Assembly: GCA_004561775.1 (NCBI GenBank)
Contig: SFUD01000001.1
Span: forward strand, 1-35,473
Direction: 5' to 3'
Source of the DNA: a bacterium
Lineage (GTDB): Bacteria > Bacteroidota > Bacteroidia > Bacteroidales > UBA932
DNA length: 35,473 nucleotides
Shown here: piece after piece, positions 13,556-21,050 of the stretch
Position numbering within the stretch: position 1 is the stretch's first letter
Layout of the letters: each line of letters starts with the position of its first letter
Notes under the pieces: model-generated
Databases searched by the model: none
What the model saw: only the letters and a program-made list of their open reading frames with translations
Told to the model about the DNA's origin: nothing
Translations under genes and position numbers: made by a program

Positions 13556-13843
13556 ATGGACATATTGATACATACAAACTTTGCCATAGGTGAGAGGGTG
13601 TGGTTTGAGGTTGAGGACCGAGATGATGGTACTGCCATTATGGGGACAATAGTTGGCATCTCCTACTTTCTGGGGAAATCTGCCAAGGAGAGCCTCAAGT
13701 ACACCATCATAGAGGATGGCAATTGCAATAAGCATCACATCTATGCCTCCGTAGTTCACAAGGCCTTTGAGGCCGAGGGTAAGGTCCACACATTCCCTCC
13801 GTACAAGAAAAAGACATTCATACAAAAACTACTACACAAATGA
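13556..13843 (+). CDS. Hypothetical protein (95 aa).
   Basis: Tightly packed with its neighbours. No recognisable domain. Confidence 0.5.
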   Translation: MDILIHTNFAIGERVWFEVEDRDDGTAIMGTIVGISYFLGKSAKESLKYTIIEDGNCNKHHIYASVVHKAFEAEGKVHTFPPYKKKTFIQKLLHK

Positions 13844-14112
13844 ACAAATCAATGAAATCATCAAGAAATGTCCCGCCTATGCCCAAGGAGACACAGGCGA
13901 GAGTAATGCAGCAGCAGAGGATGGCGTTTTATGCCCAGAAAAGGGAGATAATTGCCATCAACGCCCTCAAGGGCATCCTGTCCAATCCATCCGTAGATAC
14001 TGCCAAGGTAGAGGACAATACCTCCCTCGCCCTGCAGTATGCGGATAAGTTGTTCCGCAGGATGTATGTGGTAGCCACCGAGGATGACAAAACCAAGGAG
14101 GAGACCGAGTAA
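13840..14112 (+). CDS. Hypothetical protein (90 aa).
   Basis: ATGA coupling. Confidence 0.5.
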   Translation: MNKSMKSSRNVPPMPKETQARVMQQQRMAFYAQKREIIAINALKGILSNPSVDTAKVEDNTSLALQYADKLFRRMYVVATEDDKTKEETE

Positions 14113-14306
14113 TGGGATACGAGGGATGCATTGCCCATTGGCGAGGGAAAAATGGTGAAATCACCGCAGACATCATTAGGGACTCTAATGGTGAACTTAT
14201 TGCGGTTACCGACCCAAAGACAGGCGCAGGCATCCCTCTATACCTTTTGAAAGGCAGCAAATCATTCAGTATTGAACACCCACAAAGCAATCTATTTGAC
14301 ATATGA
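14112..14306 (+). CDS. Hypothetical protein (64 aa).
   Basis: TAATG overlap upstream and ATGA overlap downstream. Confidence 0.45.
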   Translation: MGYEGCIAHWRGKNGEITADIIRDSNGELIAVTDPKTGAGIPLYLLKGSKSFSIEHPQSNLFDI

Positions 14307-14740
14307 TATACATTGGGATAGACTGCGGCGACCACACAGGCTTTGCCGTATGGGATAGTGAGGCTTATGCTTTCACTCGCATTGAAACCCTCAAGATATG
14401 GCAGGCCCTGGCAGAGGCCTATAAGATAAACGCAGCACACAATGGCAAGGTCAAGATAGTATTTGAGGATGCCCGGCAGCGCAAGTGGATACCAAAGGAG
14501 ACATCCGAGTCCGACTATAGAGGCAAGTTGATGGGGGCAGGGTCGGTCAAGAGAGACTCCAAGATATGGGAGGAGTTCTGCACCGATAACCATATACCTT
14601 TTGAGGCAGACCCTCCGAGACCGGGACTCACAAAATGGAATGCCAAGTATTGGGCCGATGTCATAGGTTGGAAAGGCCGCACATCCGAACACGCAAGAGA
14701 TGCTGCACTACTTGTATGGGGGCGCAAAGACATACGATAA
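14303..14740 (+). CDS. RuvC-like Holliday junction resolvase.
   Basis: IYIGIDCGDHTGFAVW (first catalytic Asp), VFEDA, and SEHARDAALLVWG (H..D motif). Confidence 0.65.
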   Translation: MIYIGIDCGDHTGFAVWDSEAYAFTRIETLKIWQALAEAYKINAAHNGKVKIVFEDARQRKWIPKETSESDYRGKLMGAGSVKRDSKIWEEFCTDNHIPFEADPPRPGLTKWNAKYWADVIGWKGRTSEHARDAALLVWGRKDIR

Positions 14741-14743
14741 TGG

Positions 14744-14760
14744 GCGATTTTATATTTATG
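14744..14760 (+). promoter_or_regulatory. Late-operon motif, copy A (variant: gcgATTTTATATTTAtg).
   Basis: Shares the ATTTTATATTTA core (14747-14758) with four other copies. Precedes ATG 14766. Confidence 0.5.
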
Positions 14761-14765
14761 TGTAG

Positions 14766-15101
14766 ATGGATAAGATGCAGATTATATCGTTATTGGCACA
14801 GGAATGTAGAGTGGAGGAGGCAGTCAAGAGTCTCTCCCACACCCATTGCCTGTCTCAAGAACTCAAAGACCTGTGTCAAAACATTTACCTGCGCCTGTTG
14901 GAGTACCCGGACTATATGATTGAGGACCTATGGTCACATCCTGCCCAATATGGTCCACTATCCCAGATGGATTGTTTCATACTTGGTATTGTCCGCAATC
15001 AACTCTCCCCCACAGGGCAGTACGGCCACCAACAGGTGGTGCAAGCAAGGTTTGTGTCAATAACAGGTAAGGATTGGATTGATAATGATACCGCACAATG
15101 A
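14766..15101 (+). CDS. Sigma-70/ECF region-2-like protein (N-terminal half of a split sigma factor?).
   Basis: ELKDLCQNIYLRLLEYPDY...MDCFILGIVRNQLS resembles sigma regions 2.1-2.4 (..DL.Q..fl.l... f..WL..I.rN). Confidence 0.45.
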   Translation: MDKMQIISLLAQECRVEEAVKSLSHTHCLSQELKDLCQNIYLRLLEYPDYMIEDLWSHPAQYGPLSQMDCFILGIVRNQLSPTGQYGHQQVVQARFVSITGKDWIDNDTAQ

Positions 15102-15372
15102 AAACGAGGTAGTAAAGGAGTTCCGGGCCATCAAGGAGATGTATGCCTACAACCCAGACATAATGTGCCTTGATGATGACAGGGTGCGAAAACTCAAGTA
15201 CATCATAGACAAACGCCTTGATGCGGTGGACCGCACTATCATCCTCCTGTATACGGATTGTCAGTCCCTCCGAGAGGTGGCAAAGAAAGTTGGGGTATCC
15301 CACGCCACCATCCGCACTTGGGTGAACAAGATAAGAGCAAAGATTATCAAGGAATATGAACAAATGCATTGA
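15085..15372 (+). CDS. Sigma-70 region-4-like HTH protein (C-terminal half of a split sigma factor?).
   Basis: LDAVDRTIILLYTDCQSLREVAKKVGVSHATIRTWVNKIRAKI is a classic region-4 HTH pattern. Overlaps the previous ORF by 17 nt in the +1 frame. Confidence 0.5.
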   Translation: MIPHNENEVVKEFRAIKEMYAYNPDIMCLDDDRVRKLKYIIDKRLDAVDRTIILLYTDCQSLREVAKKVGVSHATIRTWVNKIRAKIIKEYEQMH

Positions 15373-15682
15373 ATATCTCCTCATCACCGCCATTGTGGTG
15401 TATATTGTAGACCTTTCCGGCTTTACCCAGAGTTGGAAACAGGCCATCTCCGCCAAGTTCGGAGGCAAGTGTCGCATAGGGAAACCTTTTGATTGCTCCC
15501 TGTGTATGACTTGGTGGGTGTGCAACATCATTGCAATCATCTCTGGGGAGTGGTCGCTTTCCCTGTGTGCATATATCGCAGGCCTGTCATTTATGGCAGA
15601 CATCATAGGCCAATCCCTCAACATCATCAAAGAATTAGTCAAGATGGCCCTGCGCCACCTGTATAATATCACTCAATTATGA
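15356..15682 (+). CDS. Membrane protein (108 aa).
   Basis: Three hydrophobic segments. CSLCMTWWVCN motif. Confidence 0.5.
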   Translation: MNKCIEYLLITAIVVYIVDLSGFTQSWKQAISAKFGGKCRIGKPFDCSLCMTWWVCNIIAIISGEWSLSLCAYIAGLSFMADIIGQSLNIIKELVKMALRHLYNITQL

Positions 15683-15834
15683 AAAGAGAATACCGCATCA
15701 TTCCTGCCTCGCAGGCAGGCCGCTTTTGCATCCAAATAAGGACTCTCAAGGGTGCAGTCAAATCAAAGTGGGAGACTCTACCAACCATCTACTCATCCGA
15801 ACTATCTGCACAGGAGGCAATCAAAAGTTTATGA
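15679..15834 (+). CDS. Small protein (51 aa), not in the ORF track.
   Basis: ATGA overlaps at both ends (15679-15682 and 15831-15834). MKREYRIIPASQAGRFCIQIRTLKGAVKSKWETLPTIYSSELSAQEAIKSL. Confidence 0.45.
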   Translation: MKREYRIIPASQAGRFCIQIRTLKGAVKSKWETLPTIYSSELSAQEAIKSL

Positions 15835-16232
15835 CACAGGAGTTACAAGAAACAATCAAAGGACTCTCCGTTAGGGACAAGCGCATCCTCTTGCATTCCC
15901 TGTCTGCGGAACTATCCGCCATAGACAGGACTGAAATGGCGCAGAATGCACAGGCCAGAGGCAGAGAACTCAAGGATATAATGATTGCGGTGTCCGGCTA
16001 TGATGTATCCCTCAAGGACAGGATGCGCCCAATCCCGGACTGCCGAGCCATCATTGCATCCCAGATGCGCAGGGAGGGTTATACTCTCAAGGAGATTGGA
16101 CTTTCTTTGGGCGTGGACCACGCAACCATCATACACTATATTGGGGTTGTTGAGGCAATAGTAAAGTACCCAATGTCCGCCCAATATTCATATAAGATTT
16201 ACCAAGATTTCAACAAGGCTATTGGATTATGA
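15831..16232 (+). CDS. DnaA domain-IV-like HTH DNA-binding protein.
   Basis: RPIPDCRAIIASQMRREGYTLKEIGLSLGVDHATIIHYIGVVEA resembles the DnaA C-terminal HTH (..R.iamyl.r..t..sl.eIG..fg.dHsTv.h). ATG 15831 is preferred over the TTG at 15726. Confidence 0.45.
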   Translation: MTQELQETIKGLSVRDKRILLHSLSAELSAIDRTEMAQNAQARGRELKDIMIAVSGYDVSLKDRMRPIPDCRAIIASQMRREGYTLKEIGLSLGVDHATIIHYIGVVEAIVKYPMSAQYSYKIYQDFNKAIGL

Positions 16233-16555
16233 AACTCACTCAAGAACAAATGACATACCTGTCAAGGTTTGAGGGGAATATGCTTACTGCGGTGCGCAGT
16301 AATTGGACATCCCCCCTATCGGCATCCGACCTGCAAATGGTGGCCGACATATACAATAAGGTCACAGGGCAAAGCCGCAGGGCCAACGCCAACTGCGCAT
16401 CCTGTATCCTTGAACTCCTCACCGATATGGGCCGCATCTACTTTGCCCAGAAAGAGGCCTCACAGGCCGAAACAAAACCAAAGGTGAGGAAATCATCAAC
16501 CAAGGTGGCAAAGGTCGCAGGAGTGGCAGTTAAGACCAAGAAAACGGCCAAATAG
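16229..16555 (+). CDS. Hypothetical protein with a Lys-rich tail (108 aa).
   Basis: ATGA coupling. C-terminus KPKVRKSSTKVAKVAGVAVKTKKTAK. Confidence 0.5.
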   Translation: MKLTQEQMTYLSRFEGNMLTAVRSNWTSPLSASDLQMVADIYNKVTGQSRRANANCASCILELLTDMGRIYFAQKEASQAETKPKVRKSSTKVAKVAGVAVKTKKTAK

Positions 16556-16557
16556 AT

Positions 16558-16989
16558 ATGCAGTACAATCTTTCATCCCAACTTGATGTTGCCCGCATAC
16601 AGGAGAGACTCAACGCCCTCCTCAAAAAGGGTGCGGTGGTTGAACTTACCGAAAAGGCGTTCAAGACACCCAATCAAAACCGATATGCCCACCTGTTGAT
16701 GGGTATGGTTGGACTTGAGGTGGGAGAGCCTCTGGAATATGTCAAGGTTGAGTATTTCAAGAAACTCTGCAACAGGGACATTTTTGTCCGAATGAAAGAG
16801 GATAAGTATGTTGGGCAGATTGAGGAGATACGCAGTTTTACGGACCTATCAATGGAGGAAACCTCCCTCGCCATTGACAGGTTTAAGAGGTGGGGCAGAG
16901 AGCAAGGATGGGTGATGCCAGACCCTTGCGATGAGCAACTCCTCAAGGAAATAGAGATAATGATGGGGAGGTATAGACAATACCTGTAA
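16558..16989 (+). CDS. NinB/Orf-like recombination mediator (tentative).
   Basis: VVELTEKAFKTPNQNRYAHLLMGMVG and SFTDLSMEETSLAIDRFKRWGREQGWVMPDP parallel lambda NinB (..RSLDQNRKLWA..; STS.M...EF..L...I.AFG.ERGV.WSD). Confidence 0.4.
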   Translation: MQYNLSSQLDVARIQERLNALLKKGAVVELTEKAFKTPNQNRYAHLLMGMVGLEVGEPLEYVKVEYFKKLCNRDIFVRMKEDKYVGQIEEIRSFTDLSMEETSLAIDRFKRWGREQGWVMPDPCDEQLLKEIEIMMGRYRQYL

Positions 16990-16992
16990 GAT

Positions 16993-17466
16993 ATGGAGAT
17001 GTTACCTTTCAAGAGTCCACTTGGGCGGCCTCTCAAATACACTCCAAAGCAATTGGCAGAGGAGTTTGTCAAATATGCCCAATGGTGTGAAACCAACCCC
17101 CTTGAGGCAAGAGTCCGGGTGGACTATGCCAAAGGGTACTCCGACACCACCGACTATAGACCCCGCAGGGTGTCCATTGAGGGTTTCCTTGTGTTCATCG
17201 GAGGCACTTGGGATTGGTGGTCGCACCTTGATGAGTCCAAGCGAGGGGCAGAATTTTTCAAGGTCAAAGCCTCTATCAAAGAATACTGCGAGACTTACCA
17301 AAAGGAAATGGCCTCTGCAGGATTGCTCAATGCCAACATTATATCACGCCTCCTTGGACTCGCTGACAAGAAAGAGACCAAGATAGAGGGAGAGCAATTG
17401 ACAATAGTTGTCAAAAGCGAGGAGGACAAGGCCAAGATAGAGGACATTGGAAATATAGGGATATGA
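16993..17466 (+). CDS. terS: Terminase small subunit.
   Basis: N-terminus GRPLKYTPKQLAEEFVKYAQWCETNP is typical of small terminases. Immediately upstream of, and coupled to, terL. Confidence 0.65.
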   Translation: MEMLPFKSPLGRPLKYTPKQLAEEFVKYAQWCETNPLEARVRVDYAKGYSDTTDYRPRRVSIEGFLVFIGGTWDWWSHLDESKRGAEFFKVKASIKEYCETYQKEMASAGLLNANIISRLLGLADKKETKIEGEQLTIVVKSEEDKAKIEDIGNIGI

Positions 17467-18662
17467 TACAACCGGGAAAGGTGTTCTGGCTCATCTACGA
17501 TGCAGCCAAGCGCAGGCCTCGCTACATCTCCAACCGAGGTGGCACGAGGTCCGGCAAGACCTATTCCACCCTGCAGTTCCTGCACATCCTCATCCCCAAG
17601 GCTGACAAGGCAGGTGACATCACCTCCGTAGTATCGGAGACCCTACCACACCTCAAGAGGGGTGCAATAAGGGACTTTGAGTCCATCATTGGCCACTCAC
17701 TCAAGGATGACTCCCATTGGAATGCCACCGACTTTGTGTACACCTATGATAATGGCGCAAAGTTGGAATTTTTCTCTGCGGAGTCATCTGCCAAGGTCCT
17801 TGGACCTGCCCGCAAACGCCTATTTGTTAATGAGGCCAACCACATAGATTATGAGACATTTCGCCAACTCGCAGTCCGTACCACAGGTATCATATTCATT
17901 GACTACAACCCTGCCGCCACATTCTGGGCAATGGAAAAGGTGGAGGTCAAGGATAACTGCATCACCATTGTCACCACCTATAAGGACAATGAGTTCCTGT
18001 CCCCGGAACAAGTGGCAGAGATTGAGGACAACAAGAATGATGAGAGATGGTGGAAAGTGTACGGAGAGGGTAAGGTGGGTACACTTGAGGGTGTCATCTA
18101 CGATTTCACCCAGATAGATGCTCTGCCCACAGGCGATGAGGCCTCCTCTCTTGTGGAGTGCTACGGACTTGACTTTGGTTTCACCAATGACCCCACCGCT
18201 ATCGTGCGCATCCTTGCAGACACAAGGCGCAAGCACCTGTATGTGCAGGAGGTATGCTATAAGAGGAGGATGACAAACCCAATGATTGCGGAACACCTCA
18301 AGAGTGCGGGCCTCAACAACAGGGTAGAGGTCTTTGCCGATTGCGCAGAGCCGAAATCCATTGCAGAGATAACACAGGCAGGCCTCAACATCAAGGCCTG
18401 TGACAAGGATGCCCCGGTCAAGAGCGACAAACTAAAGTTCCAACTCAATTGGATGCAGGGGTGGAAACTATTTGTCACAAAGGACTCCCTCAATCTCATT
18501 GAGGAACTGCGCAACTACACTTGGGCAAAGGATAAGGATGGCAATCCCCTCAACATCCCCATTGATAAGTTTAATCACCTGTTGGATGCCCTGCGCTATG
18601 GCGTATGGTCCAAGTTTGGGCAGAGGGCAGGATATGGACAATATAACATTTCGGTACGATGA
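17463..18662 (+). CDS. terL: Terminase large subunit (PBSX/Terminase_3-like).
   Basis: Walker A NRGGTRSGKTYS. Nuclease half with YGLDFGFTNDPTA and DALRYG. Confidence 0.9.
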   Translation: MIQPGKVFWLIYDAAKRRPRYISNRGGTRSGKTYSTLQFLHILIPKADKAGDITSVVSETLPHLKRGAIRDFESIIGHSLKDDSHWNATDFVYTYDNGAKLEFFSAESSAKVLGPARKRLFVNEANHIDYETFRQLAVRTTGIIFIDYNPAATFWAMEKVEVKDNCITIVTTYKDNEFLSPEQVAEIEDNKNDERWWKVYGEGKVGTLEGVIYDFTQIDALPTGDEASSLVECYGLDFGFTNDPTAIVRILADTRRKHLYVQEVCYKRRMTNPMIAEHLKSAGLNNRVEVFADCAEPKSIAEITQAGLNIKACDKDAPVKSDKLKFQLNWMQGWKLFVTKDSLNLIEELRNYTWAKDKDGNPLNIPIDKFNHLLDALRYGVWSKFGQRAGYGQYNISVR

Positions 18663-19333
18663 TAAACAATTACAACCGCCTGCCTATAGGCAAGTACATA
18701 GACATCTGCGCCATATATGCAGATACATCTCTGGATGACCTCACTAAACAGGTCAAAACCCTGTCTATTTTAACCGATAAGACCGAGGATGACATCTTGG
18801 ACCTCCCAATCCTTGAATACCAAGGAATGGCAAAAGAGGCCAAATTCCTTGAGGCCTCATTCAGCATCCCCAAGGATGCAGGCCGTATAGGTCGCACCTA
18901 TAATCTGGGCAAATGGAAACTCAAGCCTGTCTCCGAGATTGGCAAGATGTCCACCGCCCAATATGTGGACTTTCAACACCTGTGCGATGACCCCCTGCAT
19001 CACTTGCCAGAGTTGGTGTCGGTATTCCTCATCCCGGAGGGCCACAAGTACAATACAGGCTATGACATCATAGAGTTACAGGATGACATCCGCAATACCC
19101 TGTGTGTAGCAGATGCATCCTCCTTGCTTGCTTTTTTTTTGCGGAAATTCAACGCCTCAATCAAGGGTATCCTACTCTATTCCAAGTTGCAGGTAAAGAT
19201 GATGAGGGACAAGAGCAAGAGGGAGGAGATGATGGTAAGGATACGGCAGGCGGAGATGAGTTTAGCCGAAAGTGGGGATGGATTGCAAATGTTGATGGAG
19301 TTGCCGAGACCTGCAGATGTAGTTGGGATGTAG
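18659..19333 (+). CDS. Hypothetical virion-assembly protein; zero-frame product of a probable frameshift pair (tail-assembly-chaperone G-like?).
   Basis: 224 aa. Contains a T9 run at 19132-19140. A -1 frame ORF stays open from before the run to 19437. Confidence 0.5.
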   Translation: MINNYNRLPIGKYIDICAIYADTSLDDLTKQVKTLSILTDKTEDDILDLPILEYQGMAKEAKFLEASFSIPKDAGRIGRTYNLGKWKLKPVSEIGKMSTAQYVDFQHLCDDPLHHLPELVSVFLIPEGHKYNTGYDIIELQDDIRNTLCVADASSLLAFFLRKFNASIKGILLYSKLQVKMMRDKSKREEMMVRIRQAEMSLAESGDGLQMLMELPRPADVVGM

Positions 19334-19437
19334 TATGGGATATGCCTGTGCAGGAGTTCCTCAACATCATATGCTACCGCAGAGATAAGAATGAACACGA
19401 AAAACAGGAGATTGAGAAATGGAAAATGACTCATTGA
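19102..19437 (+). other. -1 frame extension with no usable start of its own (GT-like frameshift or slippage product).
   Basis: The conserved-looking C-terminus SRKWGWIANVDGVAETCRCSWDVVWDMPVQEFLNIICYRRDK has no internal ATG, GTG or TTG before it. It is reachable only from frame 0 via the T9 run. Confidence 0.4.
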
Positions 19438-19976
19438 TACGATTGAACAACCTGCGGCAGGTCCTATTGGAGATTGCCAAGGATGCGCAGGAAACATACA
19501 GGTATCAACTTGCGATAGGAGGCAAGAATGCATCACACAAGTTGGCCGACTCCGCCAAGTGCTATGTTGAACACACAGGCACTCTCTATGAGGTCAAGAT
19601 AGACCTGTTGGAGTATTGGAAATATGTGGAGGGTGGCGCACAGGGTACAGAGTCCTCCCCTGCGGGTGCGGTGTTCCCATCTCATTTCCCACCTCCTTGG
19701 GCCATTGAAAAGTGGGTCAATGTCAAGCCTGTCATACCCAGACCGATGGACAACGGCAACTTGCCATCTCCCAAGCAACTCTCCTATATGATTGCCCACT
19801 CCATTGAGAAACGAGGCATCCCTCCTCATCCCGCCCTGCAGGCAACCATTGATGAGATTGCTGCCAAGTGGAATGCCCAGATAGAGGAGGCGTTTGCCAA
19901 AGATGTGCAGGGGTGGCTCTCCGACACCATCACCATACTCGCAGGGAGTGCGGAGGTGACTGCATTTGTAGGATAA
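19419..19976 (+). CDS. Virion protein, HK97 gp10-like (tentative).
   Basis: 185 aa. EYWKYVEGG resembles the gp10-family ..Y..vEfG motif. The match is weak. Confidence 0.35.
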   Translation: MENDSLIRLNNLRQVLLEIAKDAQETYRYQLAIGGKNASHKLADSAKCYVEHTGTLYEVKIDLLEYWKYVEGGAQGTESSPAGAVFPSHFPPPWAIEKWVNVKPVIPRPMDNGNLPSPKQLSYMIAHSIEKRGIPPHPALQATIDEIAAKWNAQIEEAFAKDVQGWLSDTITILAGSAEVTAFVG

Positions 19977-19988
19977 TTCCGCATAGAG

Positions 19989-20007
19989 GCAATTTTATAT
20001 TTACAGG
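19989..20007 (+). promoter_or_regulatory. Late-operon motif, copy B (gcaATTTTATATTTACAGG).
   Basis: Core at 19992-20003. The leader agagatatactATG is homologous to the copy E leader. Confidence 0.55.
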
Positions 20008-20022
20008 ATATAGAGATATACT

Positions 20023-21048
20023 ATGATACCTATTTGGAAAGACAAAGATGTGATACTCACCCCGGATGCCACAGGCAGAGTGCCTTTTACCATTATGGTA
20101 GATGGCTCAAGCGCATACCTTGGGGTTGCCGTATCTAAAGGCATAGGAAATTGCGAGGTGAGGGTAAATGATATTGTTGCGGATTACATGTACAATATCA
20201 TTCCCTCATCATTCACCCCGGATGGAGGCTTGTCCGAGGCGGAGGACACCGCATACAATGTGGCTCTGCCTGTGCAGGTCATAGACCGCAATGATGGCGC
20301 ATCCAAGATGTCGGATGTGTTCAAGTACGATTGGTCCTATGACAACGCAGTCTCCGCAGTCACCAAGTTCTCCGACCCTATCAATGGCCGCATAGACCCA
20401 AGGATGCCCTTGATGTGGACATCCTATGTAGGTGCAGATACCACCATTGAGATTGTCGGATATGCCCGGACAGGAGATTTCCTTTATGAGGACTACAACA
20501 ATGACTACTCCGCATCCAATGTAGAGGACCATCTTACTATAAATGTGGCAGAGGGGGCGCACAACATATACCTCTATGGTGCGGATGTGGCAAAATACCA
20601 ATGGTTGGTACGAGATGAGGATGGGTTTGTGTACAAGGTGGTGACCCCTTGCCACCGCTATGCCCTGTACTATGTCAATGCCTATGGAGGCATAGATTTC
20701 CTCCTCCTTGAGGGGACTTGCAAGATGCAGGACAACCTCACCCGGTACACAACCAAAAAGACCTACAACAACTCCACCCCATCCGCAAGGGGCAAGGCGG
20801 AGTACCTCAATGAACAGGTCCGAGTATACACCCTCAACACAGGATTGATGACCGAGGCAGAGGCCTCCAAGATGCATCACCTGTTGGAGTCTACCAATGT
20901 GTGCTTATGGGACAATGTAGAGGGTGTGATGCGCCCTGTAGTCCTTACTGACAATAATGTGGCCCACAAGACCTATAAGGGCGAGGGCCGCAATCTTATT
21001 CGTTACACCATCACCGCAGAACTCGCAAGAGATAGGCAAAGGAGATAG
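20023..21048 (+). CDS. Virion structural protein (341 aa), function unknown.
   Basis: First gene after late motif B. Tightly followed by the 1072-aa gene. Confidence 0.55.
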   Translation: MIPIWKDKDVILTPDATGRVPFTIMVDGSSAYLGVAVSKGIGNCEVRVNDIVADYMYNIIPSSFTPDGGLSEAEDTAYNVALPVQVIDRNDGASKMSDVFKYDWSYDNAVSAVTKFSDPINGRIDPRMPLMWTSYVGADTTIEIVGYARTGDFLYEDYNNDYSASNVEDHLTINVAEGAHNIYLYGADVAKYQWLVRDEDGFVYKVVTPCHRYALYYVNAYGGIDFLLLEGTCKMQDNLTRYTTKKTYNNSTPSARGKAEYLNEQVRVYTLNTGLMTEAEASKMHHLLESTNVCLWDNVEGVMRPVVLTDNNVAHKTYKGEGRNLIRYTITAELARDRQRR

Positions 21049-21050
21049 AT

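Noticed and set aside
19200-19262. A classical X XXY YYZ heptamer closer to the zero-frame stop as the frameshift site for the 18659/19102 ORF pair.
   Set aside because: I found no canonical heptamer in this interval. The T9 run at 19132-19140 is the only obvious slippery sequence, so the recoding site stays uncertain.
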